Positions 57,214 through 64,000 of a DNA stretch of 64,000 bases are shown here, one piece after another. Origin of the DNA: an uncultured Chloroflexia bacterium. GTDB lineage: Bacteria > Chloroflexota > Anaerolineae > Anaerolineales > E44-bin32. The position numbers and the translations under genes were made by a program. Every line of letters begins with the position of its first letter. The stretch's first letter is position 1. The notes beneath the pieces were generated by a model. It saw only the letters and a program-made list of their open reading frames with translations. It was not told where the DNA came from and searched no databases. The stretch covers positions 48,788 through 112,787 of the forward strand of contig CAWBME010000010.1 of NCBI GenBank assembly GCA_963789825.1. The letters run 5' to 3'.

Positions 57214-58676
57214 TCACCAGCTCGTGGAGAGCGCGCAGCTAGAGTCAAAGCCCAGGTCGAGGCCGTAGCCCGGCTGATCGTCCGGCCAGGCAAACACCAG
57301 GCGCAGCGTGGCCACCGTCCCGGGCTCGATCACCGACCGGGCATCACCGGGGAGATCGCCGGTCTCGGGCGCCGGGCCGTCCGCTGGCCGCTCCCACAGC
57401 AACTGCCCACCCAGCCAGATCGCCAGGAGTTCGTTGTCATCAGGAAACGTGGGGTTCGAGATCCTGTCAGCCGGATCGCGCTCTCGCCTGCGTTGTCGAT
57501 CGGCCACGAGACTTCCGATCCGGTGCGGGCAAAGGGAAGCATGGTCACGCCGGGGCAGCTGGCGGAAGTGACCGGCGTGGCGGTCGGTGTGGGCAGGGAC
57601 GGAGCAGGGCTGGACAGCCCCGCCGGAATCAGCGCGCCGACCTGGGTCGCGGCCAGCGTCGCCGACGGCTCCGGCGCGGTCGACGGCGTGCGCGGCCAGA
57701 GGAGCGCAGCACCGATGGCCAGCAGCGCCACGGCAGCGGCTGCACCCAGGGCGATGCCCGGCCAGGGGCGGCGCGCGGGTTGCGCCATGATCGGGGGCGC
57801 CGGACGTGCCGCGGGCACGGGCCGGGCCAGGGGCACCGTGACCTCGGGCAGCGGGTCGCCACGCAGTGCGCGCTGGTAGGCGTCGTTGAGGGCGGCCACC
57901 GACAGGAAGCGGTCCTCGGGGGCCTTGGCCAGGCTCTTCAGGATGACACGCTCAACTTGCGGCGCCAGGTTGGGATTGAACTGCCGGGGCGGCGGCGGGG
58001 GATCCTGCATGTGCATCAGCACCGTCCCCATCGCCGTGTCGGACTCGAACGGGAGCCGACCCGTGGTGAGCTGGTACAGGATCACCCCGAAGGAGTATTG
58101 ATCGGACCGCGGATCGACCTCTCCACCCCGGCCCTGCTCGGGTGAGACATAGGCCGGCGTGCCCAGGATCATCGAGCCGGTCAGGCTGGTCGAGCTTTCG
58201 GTCATACGCGCCAGGCCGAAGTCGGTCAGCTGAGCGGTGCCGTTCTGCGTGACCATGATGTTCGACGGCTTGATGTCGCGATGGATCACCCCGCGGTCAT
58301 GGGCGAACTGAAGGGCGGCGGCGGTGTGGGCGACCCAGCGGGCGGCTTCGGCTTGCGTCACGCCACGCCGGGTCATGCGGTCGTAGAGGGTGTCGCCCGC
58401 GACGAACGGCATCACCAGGTAGACATAGCCCAGCTGCTCGCCGTAGTCGGTGACCGGGACGATGTTCGGATGCTTCAATCGGGAGACGAGCTGGGCTTCT
58501 CGCCGGAAGCGGCGCACAAATCGCTTGTCGCCGCCTAACGTCGGCGAGAGCACCTTGATGGCCACTTCGACCAGCTTGCGGGTGTCCATGGCCCGGTAGA
58601 CCGTGGCCATGCCACCCTGGCCGATCTGCTCGACCAGCTTGTAGTGGTCGAGCATTTGGCCGACCAAACCAGCCAT
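57214..58676 (-). CDS. Membrane Hanks-type Ser/Thr protein kinase (frameshift in the extracellular part)
   Basis: GQGGMA, VAIK, HRDIKPSN, DFGLA and SPEQ motifs; TM followed by a Pro/Thr linker. Confidence 0.93.
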
Positions 58677-58791
58677 CTCGGGCGCCTCATCGCGGAGTCT
58701 GGCAACTGGGGCCGGCCGCTCACCGGCCGGCGTGCCTGGCGCCTATTCTACCGAATATCCTGAACCGTGGGCGCCGCTCTCGCCGGACTAG

Positions 58792-59034
58792 GAGCCTGCT
58801 GAAAGACGTGCTTTCGACCTCACTCCCTGACCCCCTCTCCACGAACGGCACACGGGTAGGCCATGAACCGTGGCGGAGAGGGGGAACAAGATCTGGGGGT
58901 GGGGGAGCGCTCCCACCCCCAGAAGGTCCACCCCTTCCCCTGCGGGACTCGTGTGAGTCGCGGATATCGGCTCATGCAGGGGGAGGGGCTAGGGGAGAGG
59001 GTTGGACGGTGACACGGCGCTTTTCAGCAGCCTG
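58792..59034. mobile_element. MITE-like element, copy 2, flanked by CTAG direct repeats
   Basis: CTAG(58788-91) GAGCCTGCTGAAA ... TTTTCAGCAGCCTG CTAG(59035-38). Confidence 0.8.
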
Positions 59035-59481
59035 CTAGAGTTCGATCTCCCCTACGCCTTCCCCGTTCAAGTAGACGGTGTAGCTGCCGGATTCGAACGC
59101 GCCCAGCGGGATGGAAGTCTCAAATGGCTCCAGCACCTGGATGCACGCCAGCTCAGGGTCGGCCAGGCTGTAGAGCACCACCTCGATCCTGCCTTCGGGA
59201 TCCGGGTCAACGACCTCCCATTTCAAGGCATGGCACGGTGTGGGGAGCATCCCGCTGACCTGAAGCCGCACCTGTACCGGGAAGCTCTCGAGCATCAGGA
59301 GATCGGTCGAATCCACGTACACCGGCCCCCGAACTCCCCCCGGCTCGGTTTCACTGGGCATGGTGACCTCGTTGTCGGAGGAGACCGGCGCCTCGGGCGG
59401 CGGAGTCGGCTCCAGGGTCCGGGCGCAGCCTGTGATCCAGATGCTGGCCGCCAGGATCAGGATTGCAGACAGACGAATCAT
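59035..59481 (-). CDS. Small lipoprotein
   Basis: AAGGAGG SD, lipobox ITGC, MLESFPVQV...PTPC...CIQVL...GSYTVYLNG. Confidence 0.8.
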   Translation of the reverse strand: MIRLSAILILAASIWITGCARTLEPTPPPEAPVSSDNEVTMPSETEPGGVRGPVYVDSTDLLMLESFPVQVRLQVSGMLPTPCHALKWEVVDPDPEGRIEVVLYSLADPELACIQVLEPFETSIPLGAFESGSYTVYLNGEGVGEIEL

Positions 59482-59598
59482 CGGGGACCTCCTTGCGGAA
59501 ACCATGCTATCACCATTGACGTACACCGGCCTCAATCGGTTCCCGACTGAGCGCTGCCCGGTTATCATTGCTGCCTGCCCGCGGCGATACTGCCGGCC

Positions 59599-60378
59599 GT
59601 GGCCCAAACGGATGTCATGGCTCAGGCCGACGAACCTTCCGCTGCTCCCCAAGCGACGCCCCCGGCTGATGCCGGATCGGCTGCGCGCCAGTTCCTGGCG
59701 GGCGGACGCGACCAGCTTCCGCTGCTGCTGGGCGTCGTCCCCTTCGGGCTGATCTTCGGCGCGCTGGCGCTGCAGGCCGGTTTGCCGCCGGTTGCGGCGC
59801 AGGCCTTTTCTGTGCTGATCTTCGCCGGCAGCGCGCAATTCATCGCCGTCGGCATGCTTTCCAGCGCACCGGCCGGCCTGATCGTCGCCACGATCTTCGT
59901 GGTCAACCTGCGGCACGCGCTCTACAGCGCCTCGCTCTCCCCTCACCTGAGCCGCCTCCCCATGCACTGGAAGGTGCCTTTGGCCTGGCTGCTGACCGAC
60001 GAGGCCTTTGCGGTGGCCGCGCTGCGCTACCGCCAGGCTGATATCCGCCTGGCCCACTGGTACACGCTGGGGACCGGATTGACGTTGTGGGCCGCCTGGC
60101 AGGCCAGCACCGCGCTGGGTATTCTGCTGGGGGCGCGTGTTCCCGAGGCGTGGGGGCTGGAGGTGGCGCTGCCGTTGACCTTCATCGCCCTGCTGATCCT
60201 GAGCATCAGCGATTCGCCCGGCGTCGCCGCCGCCTTGTGTGCCGGCGCAGCGGCGGTTGGGCTGTACGGTCTCCCCTTCCGGCTGGGGCTGGTCTTGGCT
60301 GCGATGCTGGGAGTCGGTGTCGGCGTCGTCCTGGATGCACGGCGGACACGAGCCGCAAACGCGAGGCATGGCGCATGA
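59599..60378 (+). CDS. azlC: AzlC family amino acid exporter
   Basis: PFGLIFG, FAGSAQF, VNLRHALYS, LTDEAFA. Confidence 0.92.
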   Translation: MAQTDVMAQADEPSAAPQATPPADAGSAARQFLAGGRDQLPLLLGVVPFGLIFGALALQAGLPPVAAQAFSVLIFAGSAQFIAVGMLSSAPAGLIVATIFVVNLRHALYSASLSPHLSRLPMHWKVPLAWLLTDEAFAVAALRYRQADIRLAHWYTLGTGLTLWAAWQASTALGILLGARVPEAWGLEVALPLTFIALLILSISDSPGVAAALCAGAAAVGLYGLPFRLGLVLAAMLGVGVGVVLDARRTRAANARHGA

Positions 60379-60701
60379 GCGCGGGCGGCGTGTGGCTGGT
60401 GATCCTGGGTGGGATGCTGGTCACCTTCTTGACGCGCTTCTCGTTCATCGGCCTGCTGCCGGCCGAGCGCCTGCCGCCGCTGCTGCGCAGCGGCCTGCGC
60501 TTTGTCGCGCCGGCCGTGCTGGCGGCGATCATTGCGCCGGCGCTGCTGCTGCCGGAGGGCGTTCTCGATCTGAGCCTGCGCAACTACCAGTTGCTGGCCG
60601 GCCTGGCTGCCCTGGCGGTCGCCGTGCGATTCCGGAGCCTGTGGCTGACGATCGCCGTCGGCCTGGCGGCGTTCTGGATCCTGAGCGCCTTGGGCGCCTG
60701 A
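60375..60701 (+). CDS. azlD: AzlD family protein
   Basis: VTFLTRFSF, LRFVAPAVLAAII; ATGA overlap with azlC. Confidence 0.88.
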   Translation: MSAGGVWLVILGGMLVTFLTRFSFIGLLPAERLPPLLRSGLRFVAPAVLAAIIAPALLLPEGVLDLSLRNYQLLAGLAALAVAVRFRSLWLTIAVGLAAFWILSALGA

Positions 60702-60751
60702 CAGCAAATCGCCCCAAGGCGATGCGCGCCGAGAGGTACAATACGCCACCG

Positions 60752-61705
60752 ATGAACTTCGCCTCGAATCCCCGCCGCATGGCATGGATGGCCATCGCCG
60801 CTGCGGTACTCACGATCAGCCTGAAGGGCGCGGCGGCGGCCCTCACCGGCTCGGTCAGCCTGCTCTCCGACGCCCTCGAATCGACCATCAACCTGACCAC
60901 GGCGATCATGACGCTGATCGTGCTGTTCTTCGTCGCCCGGCCGGCGGACGATGATCACACCTACGGGCACGGCAAGGCCGAGTACCTCTCCAGCGGCGCC
61001 GAAGGCGGCCTGATCCTGGCAGCTGCGGCCGGGATCATCTTCATCGCCGTCCGCCGCTTGATCAACCCTCAACCCGTGGGCAACCTCGACATCGGACTGA
61101 TCGCCATCGGTCTGGCCACCGTGATCAACTTGGTCGTGGCCCGGGGAATGATTCGCGTCGGCAAGCGCCAGCGCTCCATCGCTCTAGAGGCCGATGGTCG
61201 CCACCTGATGACCGATGTCCTGACTTCGATCGGGGTGATCCTGGGCGTGCTGCTCGTCAAGCTGACCGGCATCCTGTGGCTCGATCCGGTCATCGCTATC
61301 GTCTTCGCCGCCAACATCGCCATAACCGGGGTCCGGATGATCCTGCGCTCCGCGCGCGGCCTGATGGATTCGTCCCTCCCGAGCGAAGAGATCCGGGCGA
61401 TCACAGCGGTCCTCGACCGGCTGGCTGAAGAAGGGGTTCAGTACCACGCACTGCGCACACGCCAATCTGGAGCGCGCAACTTCGTCTCGGTCCACATCCA
61501 GGTTCCTGGAGGCTGGACCGTGCTGCAGGGGCATGACGTATTGGAGCGGATCGATCTGGAGCTGCGCAAGGCAGTTCCCGGCCTGACGGTATTCTCCCAC
61601 CTCGAACCGATGGAAGACCCCCGCTCGTGGAACGACGTCCACCTTGACCGTCCTGATATCGAAGAGTTGATCCGGCAGGAGCGCCGGCCGGCCGCGTCGG
61701 GCTAG
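60752..61705 (+). CDS. Cation diffusion facilitator (FieF-like)
   Basis: SLLSDALES, HTYGHGKAEY, HLMTD, HLEP. Confidence 0.93.
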   Translation: MNFASNPRRMAWMAIAAAVLTISLKGAAAALTGSVSLLSDALESTINLTTAIMTLIVLFFVARPADDDHTYGHGKAEYLSSGAEGGLILAAAAGIIFIAVRRLINPQPVGNLDIGLIAIGLATVINLVVARGMIRVGKRQRSIALEADGRHLMTDVLTSIGVILGVLLVKLTGILWLDPVIAIVFAANIAITGVRMILRSARGLMDSSLPSEEIRAITAVLDRLAEEGVQYHALRTRQSGARNFVSVHIQVPGGWTVLQGHDVLERIDLELRKAVPGLTVFSHLEPMEDPRSWNDVHLDRPDIEELIRQERRPAASG

Positions 61706-61845
61706 GGGACCAGCGCCAGCGAGCTGCTCAAGACCAGCAACGGGTCGCAACTCAACCGCCGAAGCATGGCCGCAGCCCTCGGGCTGCGGTGTCATGCCGG
61801 TCCGGATGCGAGTGGGCGGCGCGGCGGTTGGCTTGAGGGGAAGGG

Positions 61846-63568
61846 CTACTTGCCGTTGGCAGGATGCCAGGGATCGAAGCGCTCGAGGATCGAGCCTCCG
61901 ATGAACTCGCGCAAGATGGAGTTGTCGGGGATCAGCTCGGTGTCCAACGGAAGGAACCACTCCAGGAACGACAACAGGCGCTTCGCCTCGACATGCTCGG
62001 GAGTCCCAAAGGTAACCTGGCGCAGCAACGGCTCGGCCAGCGGCGCCAGCGCCGAGGCTTCGTACACCAGCGCCGTGTTGAACATGACGTCGGCGTTCTC
62101 CTGAAAGGGAAAGATGTAGCGCTTCTCCCCGCGGCGGACCGATTCCCAGCGGCGGATGGTGTCGGAGGCGTTGTAGCCGCGCTGCCGGGCGTCACGCACG
62201 ATGCGACGGATCATGCGCGTGTCCGTCGTCGACACCCGGTTGTAGCGGTCCAGGTTGAGCTGAGTCAGGGCGGAGGCATAGATGCGGAAGGTGGAAGCCG
62301 GTGGAAGCTCGGGCACCAGCTTGGGGTTCAGCCCATGGATGCCTTCCAGGATGATCAGCTGGCCCGGCTGCAGCTGCACCTCTTCGCCGGCCTGCTGCTT
62401 TCCCATCTTGAAGTCATACCGGGGAAGCCGCACCCGGTCGCCGTTGATCAACAGCTGCAGATCGTGGTTCAGGCGGCCGATGTCGACCGCACCCAGCGCC
62501 TCGAAATCGAATTCGCCCTTCTCGTCACGGGGCGTATGCTCGCGATCGACGAAGTAGCTATCGATCTCGACCGGAAAGGGAGCGCTGCCGCGCGCCAAGA
62601 GCTGGATGGCCAGACGCTTGGAGAAGGTGGTCTTGCCCGAGGAGGAGGGACCGGCGATCAGCACCACCCGCACCGCGGGCTTGCGTTCGGTGATCAATGC
62701 GGCGATCTCGGCGATGCGGCCCTCGTGCAGCGCCTCGGAGACCAGGATCAGCTCGCGGGCGCGGCCGGCGGCGATGGCGTCGTTCAGGCTGCCGGCACTC
62801 GAGATCCCCAGGCGGTCCAGCCAGTCGCCATACTGGCGGAACGTCGCCAGCAGCTTGGGATAGTCGGGCAGCGGCAGCAGTTCGGTCGGGCGGTGGCGCC
62901 GCGGGAAGCGCAGGGTGAAGCCGTTGTCGATCAGCGACAGCCCGAACGTCTGCAGGTAGCCAGTGCTCGGGACCATGTAACCGTGGTGGTAGTCGCGGAA
63001 ACCCAGGAGCTCATAGAAGACCAGCGTCGGTTTGCGGCGATGAGAGAGCAGGCGGGCCTTGTCGGCGTAGCCCTTGTGCTCGAAGGTGCGAATGGCCTCG
63101 TCCAGCGGGACCTGGACCTTGACGAATGGCAGGTCGGCCTGGACGATCTCGCGCATCCGTCCTTCCAAGCGGGCCAGCTCCAACGCCGAGAGCGGCTCGC
63201 GCCCAGACACCTGACAGTAGTACCCGCCGGAGGACACGGAGTGGTCCACGGTCAGGTTGAGGCCGGGGAACAGTTCTTCGAAGGCCGCCGCCAGCAAGAA
63301 GGTCAGGGAGCGGCGGTAGATGCGCATGCCATCGGCCTCGCTCATGCGCACCGGGCGCACGCGCGAAGTCGAGTTCAATCGGGAAGGTGAGCTCGCGCAG
63401 CTCGCCGTTGACCACCGCCCCGACCGCCGGCGCCAGCTCAGGATCGGCCGGGGCGAGGAACTCGGCCAGCGGCGTACCGCGCGCACCCTCCAGGACCCGT
63501 CCATCCGGCAGGGTAATCTGCACCGTGCTGCGGGCTTCCGACCAGCGGACGGCGCGCTCTTCGGACAT
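61846..63568 (-). CDS. Uridine-kinase/PRK-family P-loop kinase with a ThrRS-like N-terminal region (frameshift near 63365)
   Basis: TGS-like start, GMRIYRRSL...DHSV, AGPSSSGKTT, EGIHGLNP, RWESVRRGE. Confidence 0.88.
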
Positions 63569-63827
63569 GTCAGTCAACCTCTGTCGGAAGGGATTCTACC
63601 TCTCCCAGGCTGGTCGATCCGCTTCGGTCGCCCATTCGCCTGCGTCCAGGCGGAATCGCCGAGGCCCGGTCGGAACCGGGCCCCGGCGAAAAGGAGCGAA
63701 GGATGCCGTCTTGCACCCCGTTCGGGCCGAGAGCCCCAGCCCGCCGGGGCGGGACGGCCGGCGTGCCGCCGGGCTTCGCGGCACCAGCGGCGCTTCGCCC
63801 TTACCTGGTCACCAGCGGCGCGCGGGG

Positions 63828-64000
63828 TCAGCCGGGCGTCGCCATGTCCACCGGCCGACAGCATAGCACCAGGTCCTTGGCGGCCCGGATCTCATCCAGG
63901 CGGCCGAAGGGCGTGTTGTGCGGCGCCGTCTGCAGCAGCTCGGGGTCGGAGTGCGCCTCGTCGGCGATCTTGCGCATCACCTCGATGAAGGCGTCCAGCG
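63828..64000 (-). CDS. gcvPB: Glycine dehydrogenase subunit 2, C-terminus (partial)
   Basis: Manual translation LDAFIEVMRKIADEAHSDPELLQTAPHNTPFGRLDEIRAAKDL. Confidence 0.85.
   Translation of the reverse strand, partial: LDAFIEVMRKIADEAHSDPELLQTAPHNTPFGRLDEIRAAKDLVLCCRPVDMATPG

Overview
GC-rich bacterial chromosome segment, most consistent with an Anaerolineae (Chloroflexota) genome. That assignment is an inference from the Flp pilin sequence, the SHMT-GcvT fusion, tRNAs without encoded CCA and the gene content. Many genes are split by single-base frameshifts that look like long-read or homopolymer assembly errors. In order, the window contains: a TetR/HlyD/ABC export operon; a candidate structured ncRNA; DUF362 and PHP genes; greA-lysS; tRNA-Lys(TTT) followed by two degenerate tRNA 3'-half copies that bracket a lipoprotein islet and a catalase islet; a Ddl-like ligase plus GNAT; a ~24 kb minus-strand amine-catabolic cluster; tpx; a Flp pilin; an SHMT-GcvT fusion; tRNA-Val; dcd; two copies of a MITE-like element; a Ser/Thr kinase; azlCD; a CDF transporter; a nucleoside kinase; and the 3' end of gcvPB. 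The ~24 kb cluster holds an Lrp regulator, a plant-PUT-like APC permease, a saccharopine-dehydrogenase-like enzyme, four class-III aminotransferases, a corrinoid protein, four non-pyrrolysine MttB methyltransferases, an ABC binding protein with permeases, two AORs and MoaD. It is the strongest candidate for an undescribed system, plausibly corrinoid-dependent demethylation and anaerobic breakdown of N-methylated polyamines or diamines.
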